DNA of 64,000 nt from Octopus bimaculoides (taxonomy: Eukaryota). The notes beneath the pieces are model-generated. The model saw nothing but the letters and a program-made list of their open reading frames with translations. It was not told the origin of the DNA and ran no database searches. Shown piece by piece: positions 14,901 through 28,900 of the stretch. The position numbers were made by a program, and so were the translations under genes. Numbering within the stretch: position 1 is the first letter of the stretch; each line of letters begins with the position of its first letter. Where the stretch lies: assembly GCF_001194135.2 (NCBI RefSeq), contig NC_068981.1:131743357-131807356 (forward strand). Direction: 5' to 3'.

Positions 14901-17900
14901 ATCATCATCATCATCATTGTCGTTTAACGTTCACTTTCCATGCTGGCATGGGTTGGACACTTTGACTGAGAGCTGGTGAGCCAGAAGGCTGCACCAGGCT
15001 CCAATCTGATCTGGCAAAGTTTCTACAGCTGGATGCCCTTCCTGACGTCAACCACTCTGAGAGTGTAGCGGGTGCTTTTATGTGCTACTGGCATGGGAGC
15101 CAGTCAGGTAGTACTGGCACCGGCCAAGCTCAAATGACACTTTTTACGTGTCACTGGCACAGGAGCCAGTCCAGCGACACTGGCAACGACCATGCTCGAA
15201 TGGTGCTTTTTACGCGCCACCAGCACAGGAAACAGTCAGCAGCCTTGGCAACGATCACATTCGAATGGTGCTTTTAAGGTTCCACTGGCACGGGTGCCAA
15301 TCAGGCGGTACTGTCATCAGCCACAACAACGATTTCACTTGCCTCAACAGGTCTTTGCAAGCGTAATTTATTGTCCAATGATTGAAGGGTACTCGTAAAT
15401 GGGCTGGTTATACAGCACTGGCATAGGCCATGGTTATAGTCTCACTTGACTTGCTGGGTCTTCTCAAGCACAACATATCTCCAAAGGTCTCAGTCACTTG
15501 TCATTGCCTCGGTGAGACCCAATGTTCGATGGTCGTGCTTCACCACCTTATCCCAGGTCTTCCTGGNNNNNNNNNNCAATGTTCGATGGTCGTGCTTCAC
15601 CACCTTATCCCAGGTCTTCCTGGGTCTACCTCTTCCACAGGTTCCCTCAACTGCTAGGGTATGACACTTTTTCACACAGCTGTCCTCATCCATTCACAAC
15701 ACGACCATACCAGTGCAGTCGTCTCTCTTGCACACCACATCTGATGCTTCTTAAGTCCAACTTTTCTCTCAGAGGCTTACACTCTATCGTGTATGCACAC
15801 TGACATTACACATCCAGTGGAGAATACTGGCTTCATTCCTTGCAAGCTTACGCATGTCCTCAGCAGTTATGGCCCATGTTTCACTACCATGTAGCATGGC
15901 TGTTCGCATACATGCGTCATACAGTCTACCTTTTACTGTGAGTGAGAGGCCCTTTGTCACCAGCAGAGGTAGGAGCTCCCTGAACTTTGCCCAGGCTATT
16001 CCTATTCTAGCAGCTACACTTTCAGAGCATCCACCCCTGCTACTGACTTGGTCCCCTAAGTAACGGAAGCTATCAACTACTTGTAGTTTTTCCCCCTGGA
16101 ATGTGACAGAAGCTGTTCTCTGCACATTTTCAGTGTTTATTGCTCCTGAGCATTTGCCACACACAAAACTATCCTCCCAGTTAGCCTTCCTTTGATATTG
16201 CTGCACCTCTTGTGTGTCCATAGCTTACACTGGGTACATCTTATATCGTCCACCTATGCCTTTTCTACAGATCGAGCAGGGCTGTCTACTTGAAGGGATT
16301 TGTGGTTTGTCTGCCTTCCTATTTATTAAGACTTTGGTTGACTCTAAGGCCCTTCAATTCTAATCCTTGCTTCCACACCTGAAACTTCTCTAGTTCTGAT
16401 AGTGACTCAGCTATTACAGCAAGGTCATCAGCATAAAGAAGATCCCAGGGGCATCCTGTTTTGAATTCCTCTGTTATTGCCTGGAGAACTATGATGAATA
16501 AGAGGGGGGGCTAAGGATTGATCCTCAAGATAAAATCATAGGCTCTGAAGTACTGTCAACTGTGCTTATTGAAGATGTGAATAGAGGGGCAAAGCCATTC
16601 TGTATGCACTTAAAGTATTGCTTGTAAGAATTTACACTTTGATTTATTGAAAACGTCATTTTTGATCATTTACAGAGTAATGAAGATGATAAAAAATTAA
16701 AAAGGCGCATGGAAGTTATCCAGGGGTCAGTTGCCAGTGGTGTTCATCGAAAACTTATCTTAGGGTCAACTACTAAACATGTAGCACCAAGGTTTGTGAT
16801 TTACTTTCTTTTTAGGAATTTTGACATTTTTCATGACAGATGAAATCAATATTGTTCTGGAAAAAAACATTTCATAATTGTTTTTTTTTGTTTTTTTAAA
16901 AATTCTTTTTAGTCATAATCCAGCAATTCCAGCACCATCTCTAGAATTTGCTGCCCTGTGTTTGCGAAATGCTCTGTTACTACTTCCAGAACATCCTCAT
17001 CAGTCTGAAGTCAATGAAGAACATGCTGAAGCAAAGTAAGGCATCTGATGTAACTGATTTGTTGTAATAAATAGTAATGTTGCTCCTTCTACTTGCTATC
17101 TCTGTATAAGGTTTGTTGTTCTGAAAGACTATAACCTATAAGCCATTTTTTAAATCTTCATTTTTCAGAACTATTATTTATTTTTTTATCTACATTATTG
17201 CTAGAACAATCTTTTTTCAATTAATATAAATTATTGTTATTTATTCAATTATTTATATAATTTTTGTTGCTGTTCTACAACTTAGTCTACAATTTATTTT
17301 TCATTCTACTAAAAATTTTTTCTACATGTGAACTGTCCTACTCTGGTAATTACGCATTTTTGATGACAGAAGAAGACAGCCATATATAGCTAATCTACCT
17401 ATGACTAGACCTGTAATCAAGAAAAAATGCATATGTAATCTATATGAAATTTATATTTAATTAACTTTTATTGTAATTTATTGTAAAAAAGCTAAATGTC
17501 ATTAATTTTAATTTCATGGTCACTTTTGTATCTATCTTTTCAGCAAGTCTGATATATTCCTTGTACCAGCCCCACCTAGTAATCCTATGCGTGCAGCGGA
17601 AGTGAGCAATCTCCGGTATGTGTGTCTATACTCATGTTATAGAACTACTGTGACACTGTGTTAAGTAGAATGTAATTTTTTTTTCATGTTTCAGTAACTA
17701 ACTATATTGTCTCAATGTGAACCTCAACAGCATGCAAACTCAGGATACTTGTAATTCACTGGAGCTGTACTTGTAGCATGGACTGCATTTTGGAAATGTG
17801 TTTTCAGAGTAAACTAAGAATTAACTCCTCAAAATAGTTGGTGGGAGGCATGTTTGAAGTACATATTTTCCCACTTGTTGCATTATTTTCCTTTGCTACT

Positions 17901-20900
17901 AGGTTTTACTTTTGCATTTAAATGCCACTTAGATATTATTACTTCAACTGTAAATATAGATCTTCCCTTAACAGCCTCCTCTATTATCTATTTTCTATAC
18001 TAAGAAGTATATTACATGGAAAAATGTGAGCAAGAGAAATAATATTCTTAAGATTATAAACCTGAAAAAGTACAGGACAAGTTATTACACTTGGAAAAGT
18101 TCAGGACAAGTCATTACATCTAGTAAAGTACACAACAAGAAAAGTATTACTTAAAATATTGTAGCTAAGGATAAAATTTCAAATAAAATATTTAGATTTA
18201 GAAAATATTAGCTTTTATTAAAACTAAAAGTTTTATTACAAGTTATTACTTTTATTTGTTATTACTTGTTACTTCTATTAAAAATTTAAAATAAGTCAAA
18301 ATATTTTTTGCATTTAAAAAAAATCATTTTTTTAATTATAATATTACTTTGTAAATTAAAATCAAATAATTTTTAATATTCAAATTTTATCCTTAGCTGT
18401 AATATTTTAAGTAAAAATTTTCTTGTTGTGTACTTTACTAGATGTAATGACTTGTCCTGAACTTTTCCAAGTGTAATAACTTGTCTTGTACTTTTCCAGG
18501 TTTATAATCTTAAGAATATTATTTCTCTTGCTTACATTTTTTCCATATAATCCATGTTTTTTCCAGGCTGTGCTATTATGCTAATTAATAATGTGTCAAA
18601 GACAGCGAGCTGGCAGAAACGTTAGCATGCCAGGCGAAATGCTTAGTGGTATTTCGTCTCTCTACATTCTGAGTTCAAATTCCGCTGAGGTCAACTTTGC
18701 CTTTCATCCTTTTGGGGTCGATAAATAAAGTACCAGTTGCATACTGGGGTTGATCTAATGGACTGGCCCCCTCCCCAAGAATCTCGGGCCCTGTACCTAG
18801 AGTAGAAAAGAACTAATAATGTATCAATTAATAATTTAAGATTTTACCTTATTGAAAATTACCGGTGACATATATTAAAAGTCTCCTTATAGAACAATAT
18901 TCATAAAAATTTGAGAAACAAACACTCNNNNNNNNNNNNNNNNNNNNNNNNNNNNNNNNNNNNNNNNNNNNNNNNNNNNNNNNNNNNNNNNNNNNNNNNN
19001 NNNNNNNNNNNNNNNNNNNNNNNNNNNNNNNNNNNNNNNNNNNNNNNNNNNNNNNNNNNNNNNNNNNNNNNNNNNNNNNNNNNNNNNNNNNNNNNNNNNN
19101 NNNNGATACCATGAAATTCCTCGAGTTGAGCTTTATCATTTAAGCTTAATTAATTAGTTTGTTTTTAAAATAAAAAAAGTTAATTATACTTAAATCCAAT
19201 TTTTTGCCTTATATTTTTTTCATGATATTTTACCTCACAACTTTTTTGATCAAATTTTTGTTGCATGGGACCAAAACTATGAAATTCCTCATGCTTTCTT
19301 CTATCATTGAAGCTAAGATAAATATATTTTGCTTTTAAAATAAAAAAGTTATTTAGATCTAAACTTGATTGGAGGCATTACTTACTCTCCTATAATGTTG
19401 CTACAAATTTCGGTGTAAACTTTGCCAAAATGTAGCTAGGGACCAGTCCTCTTCAAAAATGTTAACAGCTTTCAATTTGGTTAAGAACTGAAATAAAGAC
19501 AAAGTTCTGAAGATACTGTGTGTGAGTAAATTGCGGCCTTAAGAATATTATTCGACGACTACCGTAGTCGAATGATATTCATATGTTTTATTGGTTTTTT
19601 TTTTCAAATATGCTTTAAATTTTCTTAGCTCTAGATGCTATGAAAATGTCATATTTGGTTAAGATTAAAGTTTCTTCTAGGTATATGGAATAAAAGCTAT
19701 CTGGGCGACCAAGTTAGTAGTGGGGGTGGGTGCGCTGAAAGTGTAGCTGCTAGAATAAGAATAGCCTGGGCAAAGTTTAGAGAGCTCTTACCCCTGCTGG
19801 CGACAAAGGGACTCTCACTCAGAGTAAAAGGCAGACTGTATGACGCATGCGTACGAACAACCATGCTACATGGCAGTGAAACATGGGCTGTAACTGCTGA
19901 GGACATACGTAAGCTCGCAAGGAATGAAGCCAGTATGCTCCGTTGGATGTGTAATGTCAATGTGAATACCCGTCAGAGTGTAAGTATCTTGAGAGAAAAG
20001 CTGAACATTAGAAGCATCAGTNNNNNNNNNNNNNNNNNNNNNNNNNNNNNNNNNNNNNNNNNNNNNNNNNNNNNNNNNNNNNNNNNNNNNNNNNNNNNNN
20101 NNNNNNNNNNNNNNNNNNNNNNNNNNNNNNNNNNNNNNNNNNNNNNNNNNNNNNNNNNNNNNNNNNNNNNNNNNNNNNNNNNNNNNNNNNNNNNNNNNNN
20201 NNNNNNNNNNNNNNNNNNNNNNNNNNNNNNNNNNNNNNNNNNNNNNNNNNNNNNNNNNNNNNNNNNNNNNNNNNNNNNNNNNNNNNNNNNNNNNNNNNNN
20301 NNNNNNNNNNNNNNNNNNNNNNNNNNNNNNNNNNNNNNNNNNNNNNNNNNNNNNNNNNNNNNNNNNNNNNNNNNNNNNNNNNNNNNNNNNNNNNNNNNNN
20401 NNNNNNNNNNNNNNNNNNNNNNNNNNNNNNNNNNNNNNNNNNNNNNNNNNNNNNNNNNNNNNNNNNNNNNNNNNNNNNNNNNNNNNNNNNNNNNNNNNNN
20501 NNNNNNNNNNNNNNNNNNNNNNNNNNNNNNNNNNNNNNNNNNNNNNNNNNNNNNNNNNNNNNNNNNNNNNNNNNNNNNNNNNNNNNNNNNNNNNNNNNNN
20601 NNNNNNNNNNNNNNNNNNNNNNNNNNNNNNNNNNNNNNNNNNNNNNNNNNNNNNNNNNNNNNNNNNNNNNNNNNNNNNNNNNNNNNNNNNNNNNNNNNNN
20701 NNNNNNNNNNNNTGTGCGGGTGGCACATAAAAGACACCATTTCGAGCGTGGCCGTTTTCGTGCGGGTGACACGTAAAAGCACCCACTACACTCTCTGAGT
20801 GGTTGGCGTTAGGAAGGGCATCCAGCTGTAGAAACTCTGCCAAATCAGACTGGAGCCTGGTGTTGCCATCCGGTTTCACCAGTCCTCAGTCAAATCGTCC

Positions 20901-23900
20901 AACCCATGCTAGCATGGAAAGCGGACGTTAAACGATGATGATGATGATGATGATCTGTCATTTTCTTACCAAATATATTTCTTCTTTTTGTTAGATCTCT
21001 CTCTAATTCTCTTTCATAATTTATTCTTTGGATTTGGTGCAGTTTACATCCATAACATTGCCTGCTCGGATATATCACATTTCTCAAATACTGACAGCAT
21101 AATTTTTAATAACATCTTCTGTAAAATCTTAATTTTGAAATGACTGAACCTTATCTTATTTGGTGTTGGTTGCCATGTGAATGAATATAGAAAAACAAAT
21201 ATTCAAACATGCTGGTTTTCTTTCTTGCTTCATACATATAAACCTACTCAAATAATTGTATCCATATTGTGTTTCTACAAAATACAAGAGTAAGGCAGCA
21301 AACAAAGAGGACAGAAGACAAGCAGCGACCAAGACAGTGAACAAATTGTATGACATAAAAANNNNNNNNNNNNNNNNNNNNNNNNNNNNNNNNNNNNNNN
21401 NNNNNNNNNNNNNNNNNNNNNNNNNNNNNNNNNNNNNNNNNNNNNNNNNNNNNNNNNNNNNNNNNNNNNNNNNNNNNNNNNNNNNNNNNNNNNNNNNNNN
21501 NNNNNNNNNNNNNNNNNNNNNNNNNNNNGGACAGAAGACAAGCAGCGACCAAGACAGTGAACAAATTGTATGACATAAAAATAGTAAAGAACATGTAAGG
21601 TAGTGACATGTTAACTGCCTTGTCATTGTAATAAATAAGTAGAAAATAAAACATGACTAATAGGATGGGGAAAGGGAAAGTGTAAAAGCTGATACCGAGA
21701 ACAGGTAGAGAAATAATATACGGCAACTTGTGACTATTCTGGCTCTTCCTTAAAACTGTAGTAGAGTTTGATATGAATGACATTGTGTAGAATTATATTA
21801 TTTATACTCAAAAAATATATATTATGTTTGGTGAAGCAATGAAAATGTTACTGAAATAGGGGATATAGTGACTTCCAAGCCCTTGTTAGTTCTGCTAACT
21901 ACAAAATTGTTGCAAAATTTAATTTTGTTTCCTTGTTTCAGGTGTTCAATTCTGACTGCTAGTGCCTATGTATCTCTGTGTCTCAACGACCATCTTATTG
22001 CTCTAAATTACACCAACAGTTTACTTTCCCAACCACGTCTTTCTGGAGCACAAAGGTAACTTTCATTCATTTCTTTGGTTTCTAAATTAATACTAACATC
22101 ATTGTAATTCACTTTGATTTTGAGAAAAAAACTTACTTGATTACTCAGTTAATTTGCTTTGTTCCATGATATTCTGAAAATATAGCTTGGTGAATTAAAG
22201 GGATTTATAGAGGAGATGGTGGTATCCTAGATTGCTGAGATTGATCAATGACAAAAAGGGAGACATCATTACCATACACAGCATCCTTTCGTACAGAAAT
22301 GAGGAAAGATTGAATAACCATTTCTCACTAAAGAACTGATATGCTACTGGAAATATGTAGAGATGACCCAATCTATTGTACAGAATAGAACAGAAATTAA
22401 GAATTAAGAAAACAAAAACAACACACCTAACTGAAAATTACAGATGAATATTAGTAACTTACTGCTTCCTATAATTCTCTACTTACTAAGGAATAATAAC
22501 AATTATCATATACTGGAGGACAGAAGGATATAGCAATATGCAGTGCTAGGGTTATCTCCCTGAAAGATGTTTTTTACTGGGACTGTTAGATAGACATTGA
22601 TGCTTCTTGAATAGAGTTGGTACAGCTATAGAGTATGAAAGCAAAAATGATACCGTCTGATCTATAAGCTTATAATAGAATAGATTCAGTTTAAGATTTA
22701 AGGTGCAGAGATGGCTGTCTGGTTAAGAAGTTTGCTTCTCAACCACATAATTTCGGGTTCAGTGCTATTGCATGACATTTTGGGCAAGTGCAACAATAGC
22801 ACCAGGCCAACCAAAACCTTGTGAGTGGATTTGTTAGGAACTAAAAGAATCTCATCATGTGTGTGTTTGTGTCTCCTTGTCTTGATGTCATGAAAAAATT
22901 GGAAACAGGTGAGGGTTGGTAACAACAATGGCATCCAGCCATAAAAGGCAATGATAATGATTCCTGTCAGTGCTTTTGTCATATGTCATTGTAAAAACAC
23001 TTAACTTACCAAAGTCAACCTAGTAGGCAACTAAATATCCCTCTCATTTCAAAAGGTAAAACACAGGTAACAGTCTTGTTAATTATTATTTTATGTCAAG
23101 TCAGTATTTATTTGAAAATTGTAAATATAAGCAGAGTAGCTTCAACAATACTTGAAAATTTGGGGCTATTTGAGGCCATCCAACCTAGGCAAGTATGAAA
23201 AATTGAATGTGTGATCATTTGAAAGAAATGAGTAAAATAATTTGTTTAATATTCTGTATTGTCTTACAGGTACCTTGCGCACTTATATGCATCTGAAGCA
23301 TTGGTACATCTAGACAGAATAGCTGATGCCATCCAACATCTGAATCCAGAGTACAGTAAGGATGTCAGTGTTTGTTCACAGGAACAGAAATCGGACCAAG
23401 GTATGATCTTTTTCCTCTTGAATACTTTCTGCATGTGTCTCAGGCATATATATATATATATATCACTTAGATTGTCATCAGAGATTTGAAATAATGAATA
23501 GCTATAACTCATTTCCGTGAAAATAGATTTCACTTCTGTATCATAATTTATTAAGTTGTAAGAAGGCTATTTGTAAAATGTTCGAGAAAACTGTTGTTAC
23601 AAATTTGAATTTGTAAATGAAAATATAGACAAGACATCCTACCCACCATTAGTAATATGAAGAAACAGAGGTAACACAACAAATTCTATCAGTCTCTTTT
23701 GCCAAACTGCTAAGTTACAGTGACATAAACACGCCAACACCAGTTGTTAAGCGGTGATGGGGGAACAAACACAGATATAAAGACACACACACACACATAT
23801 AGATATATACACATATATATATATATGTGTGTGTGTGTGTGACAGGCTTCTTTCTGTTTCCATGTACCAAACCCACCTACTCACAAGGATATATATATAT

Positions 23901-26900
23901 ATAATATGTTGTGTGTACTGTTAGATGTACGACTGCTACTGTTTGAGTTTGGAGCTCCATGTACGTTCAGTTTGCCTTTAGTATATTGCTTGGGTTACTA
24001 CTATATTGAGTAGTATAACTGTTCATTGTGTACATAGATAATGTAAAAAGAATTATGATAAACACTAGTTAGACATTCGACCTCAGTAATATAATGCAAT
24101 AAATCTGTTCCTCTGCTGATTTGTTGTGGTTAAAGCATCCAACTGCTTTTGGAACATCAAATGCTATGGTTCCAAATAACCACAATATTGAAATGTACAT
24201 AGGGAACAAATCATACAAACTTGTGTTCATCATAATTTCTCCTATATATGTATAAGGATTTTCAAGCGAGATCGTTGCCAGTACCCCTGGACTGGCTCTT
24301 GTGCGGGTGGCACATAAAATACACCATTTTGAGCATGGCCATTGCCAGTACCGCCTGACTGGCCTTCGTGTCAGTGGCACGTAAAAAGCACCCACTACAC
24401 TCTCTGAGTGGTTGGCATTAGGAAGGGCATCCAGCTGTAGAAACTCTGCCAAATCAGATTGGAGCCTGGCGTAACCATCTGGTTTCAACAGTCCTCAGGC
24501 AAATCTTCCAACCCATGCTAGCATGGAAAGCGGACGTTAAACAATGATGATGATGTATAAAGAGAGATAGATTAGATAGATTGATTGATTGTTTGCTTGA
24601 TTGATTGATTGTTGCTCCCTCTTGAAGCATACAAAGTAATCTATTTTTCCATACGGAGTTCTATAATTTACATTTACTCCATATAATTAATCTCATTATC
24701 AACTGGTAATGTTGTGTATAACCTGACCAGTGTTATTTACTTTAATAGATAAAAATGACAAAATGGATAAAAGTGACCGTGATCTGGCAGACACTACTGA
24801 GACTAAAGGTAAGACCTATTTTTGCCTTTCTATTTTCCCTTCGGACACCCACAAACCTGAGACTGCCTCTGGTTGTTGGATATAAAAACTACCTGGTTCA
24901 AAGTGTTCATATTTTAATTTAAACCTTTATCTTTTACTTGTTCCTGTCTCTAGACTGCAGCCATGCAGAGGCACTGCCCTGAAGGGTTTTGTTGAGCAAA
25001 TCAACCCCAGTACTTACTTTTAAGCCTGATACTTATTCTATGGGTCTCTTTTTACCAAACTGCTAAGTTAAGGGAACATAAACAAACCAACACAAGACAC
25101 ACATGCATAGCTATATCCATACATATATTATAGTCACAGACATGAGGTTTGCTTCCCTTACCCAACCACATGGTTCTGGGTTCAGTCCCACTGCTTGACA
25201 CCTCAAGCAAGTGTCTTCTATTATAGCCTCAGGCTGATCAAAGCTGGTGAGCGGATTTAGTAACCGGAAACTGAAAGAAGCTCATATATATGTGTGTGTG
25301 TGTGTGTGTCTTTGTGTCTGTGTTTATTCCTCCCCACCACTTGACAACCATTGTTGGTGTGTTTACATCTCCTGTATCTTAGCAGTTCAACAAAACAGAC
25401 TGATAGAATATGTACTGGCATTGATTCATTTGACTAAAATTCTTCAAGGCAGTGCCCTAGCATGACTGCAGTCTAATGAGTGAAACAAATAAAAGATGAA
25501 AGATGAGTGTGCATGTTTAGATATACAATGGGTTTTTTTCAGTCTCCATCTACTAAATCCAGTCAAGGCTTTGGTTGGCCTGAGGTTATAGTGGAAGATA
25601 CTTGTCCAAAGTACTGCACTGTGGGCCTGAACCAAGATTACATGGTTAGAAAGCAAACTTCTTATCACACAGCCACACCTACTCTTTCACTCTTTTAATT
25701 GTTTCAGTCATTTTACTGCGGCCATGCTGGAGCACCACCTTTTAGTCGAGCAAATCAACCCCAGGACTTATTCTTTAGAAGCCTAGTACTTATTTTATCA
25801 GTCTCTTTTGCCAAACTGCTAAGTTACGGGGACGTAAACACACCACCATCGGTTGTCAAGCGATACTGGTGGGGAGGGGACAAACACAGACACACAAACA
25901 TATACACACACACACATACATATATATACATATATACGACGGGCTTCTTTCAGTTTCCGTCTATCAAATCCACTCACAAGGCTTTGGTCNNNNNNNNNNA
26001 CACACATACATATATATACATATATACGACGGGCTTCTTTCAGTTTCCGTCTATCAAATCCACTCACAAGGCTTTGGTCGGCCCAAGGCTATAGTAGAAG
26101 ACACGTGCCCAAGGTACCACGCAGTGGGAATGAACCTGGAACCATGTGATTTTGTAAGCAAGCCACTTACCACACAGCCACTCCTGCTCTCCTGTGCAAT
26201 TTTTTTTATAAGAAACTTCTGTTATAATCCAAACATCAACTTAATTACCCTAATTCATGCAAAAGTTAGTTTACTAAATCCCTCAAAATTCTTCAGTGTT
26301 TTAAATATTAACTGAAACAGCAATTTATTATGTAAGAAATATGGTTACAAACGGATCAAACCCACCTACACTCTATGTGTATTATGTATTAATTATCATA
26401 ACATCTTTTACAGGAGCCTTAGTATCATGGACGCCTGCAAAACCACAGAAAGCTCAAGCTGTGTTGTTGTACAACCTTGCGGCAACATTAGCTATTAGTG
26501 GGGAATATAGCAAAGCTCTAAAACACCTAGGAGAGGTAAGCATATATTCTTAGATTTATTTGAATTTTTCCTTCTTTCTTTTCTTTTTGGCAATGCAAGT
26601 TAGGAGAGTTTAATCCTCTGCCTGTTCAAAGCATTTTTATAAGTTTGTCCTAAACGTCCATGCTTGTTTATATACTTTTAGTTACCTCTTGTTTCATACA
26701 TTCTGAGTAATATAAAAATTTATTTTCATAAGTTCCAAGTTACTCTGGTGGTTGAAAAAGAATGGGAATGTGTATCATATATCCTGATATATGGACGTCA
26801 AGGAAAAGGCGGTGAGCTGGCAGAATCGTTAGCACGCCGGGCGAAATGCTTAGCTGTATTTCGTCTGTGTTTATGTTCTGAGTTCAAATTCCGCCAAGGT

Positions 26901-28864
26901 CAACTTTGCCTTTCATCCTTTCGGGGTCAATAAATTAAGTACCAGTTACGCACTGGGGTCGATGTAATTGACTTAATCCCTTTGTCTGTCCTTGTTTGTC
27001 CCCTCTATGTTTAGCCCCTTGTGGGCAATAAAGAAATAAGAAAATATATCCTGTGTATCATATATGATGCCTGGCTGCCGAGAAAATATATCCTGTGTAT
27101 CATATATGATGCCTGGCTGCCGAGAAAATATATCCTGTGTATCATAGATGATGTATGGATGCCAAGAAAATATACTCTGTGTTTCACATGTGATACACAG
27201 AACAAGCAAAGGGTTAAGCAACACTTTGAATTACATTTCAAAGTAATTCCTTTGAAATGGTTTAAAATTTTTTTTTTTTCTTTTTCATTTAATTATTTCC
27301 ACATGTTTCCACATTTTACTTGACAACAAACTTTATAATTGGAACAGCTATATGTAGCAGTATTTATAATTGTTTCCAATAATTGTAAAACTAGAAAGAA
27401 TTCAGAATGTCATTTTTAATATTTATACGTTTAGTTGCATTCTTGGAAGAAAATCACTGACTCTATTTCCATTAAATTTTTGTGTTTCTTTCATGTTACA
27501 GAGTAGTCAATTAATATGCCAGCCATTCCCAGCCCAGATGTATTGCCTAAAGCTCTATCTTGATCTCATTGAAGGTAAATAAACATGTATCTAATATAAC
27601 AGATTATCAGAAAAGGGACCTAGTATGTTTTGTTGTTGTTCAAATCTTTTCAAGAAGACCTAAGATCAAAGGTTGTCCAGCTTTGACCATCTTGTCTTTT
27701 TGTATATCAGGGTCACAGTGTCTAATGTATCCTTCTTTGTTTAAGATTGTAGGATATGATTTGAAGATTTGAGTGCTGTTTCTAGTAGGTCAAGCAAATG
27801 TGTAATGGCCCCCTCATTGTCTGTATGTGTTTGGTTTACTCTTAGAGTTAAATTAATGAGCTAAATACCAAAGTAATGTAAAGACCCCCTTCAGTCATGA
27901 ATGACCATGAGATTGCACCTAGAAAGTTCCCCTCTGAGGCACAAGTCTGGGCAAGAATTTTTGTTAAAGATCAGCAGTCGCCCATGCATACCAACCTCCT
28001 CTCTCTATACCAACAATGTTGTACAAGGGAAAGGAAAAGGTTTATACAGCTTGGCACCGATGATGCCACAACTCATTTCTACAACTAAGTCTTGCTCAAG
28101 AACACAACACACAGCTGAGTTTTGGAATTAAACTCACCACCTCATAATTATAAGCCTAATGTTCTAACCACTGAACCATGTGTCTTCACCTAAATACTAC
28201 AATTTTAATATTACAGAAATGCAGTATTTTATATGATATTGTGTTGGGTAGAACACATACACACTCAAGAAACCTGCTACATACCCACAGAAAGCTTTTT
28301 TTAATTTCATGGAAAATTAAAAAGTGATCTGCAATTAAAAAAGCACAGATACAAATTTATTCCTTTCTCCGAATTATTGATTGTGTATTCATTAATGTTG
28401 TATCCAGCTAAGAAAACAATAGCCTGTGCTGAAGTATATTTTAATTAATTTATCATTTTGGTCAATTTCTGTATGACCTGAAAAAAAATAACAGACAATT
28501 TTTTGTATTTAGAATACATACTGATTGACTGCTTTAGATTTAACGCAACTCTCAAGCAAAATGGAATATTCTTAATTGTTACAATCAGTGGGTCTCTACG
28601 TTGTTAGCATGTGTAATATTTCTGACCATTGTAATGTGTCTGTCATCAATATTGCTTTTAATGTCCACTTTTCCATACCTGCTGATTTTCCATAGTGGAT
28701 GCCCTTTCTGTTCCCAACTCTCACCTGTTTCTAAGTAATGCAATATTTCCCCCATGGCCAGACATGTTTTGACCAAAGACTGGAAATAGATATCAACTGA
28801 TTAATGATGGCATTCATTTACAACTATCACTTGATGTCAAGATAAGGAGACACATTCCCTCCAC

Positions 28865-28900
<36 letters not shown>

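Noticed and set aside
15537-15626. Apparent tandem duplication inside the RTE
   Set aside because: Identical sequence on both sides of a 10-N gap, typical of an unmerged contig overlap
18604-18690. tRNA-like sequences here and at other SINE heads
   Set aside because: A/B-box-like heads continue into shared SINE bodies and do not give a complete cloverleaf
19863-20879. Long ORFs of 250-337 aa in the track, also at 52955-53695 and 61771-62682
   Set aside because: Mostly X from N runs, not genes
21308-21582. About 54-bp direct repeat and several ORFs
   Set aside because: The repeat straddles a gap, so it may be an artefact, and the ORFs exist only because Ns hide stops
25900-26080. Apparent duplication within SINE B
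   Set aside because: Identical sequence flanking a 10-N gap, an assembly artefact
27039-27195. CRISPR-like regular repeats
   Set aside because: Units are contiguous with no unique spacers, the context is eukaryotic, and there are no cas genes
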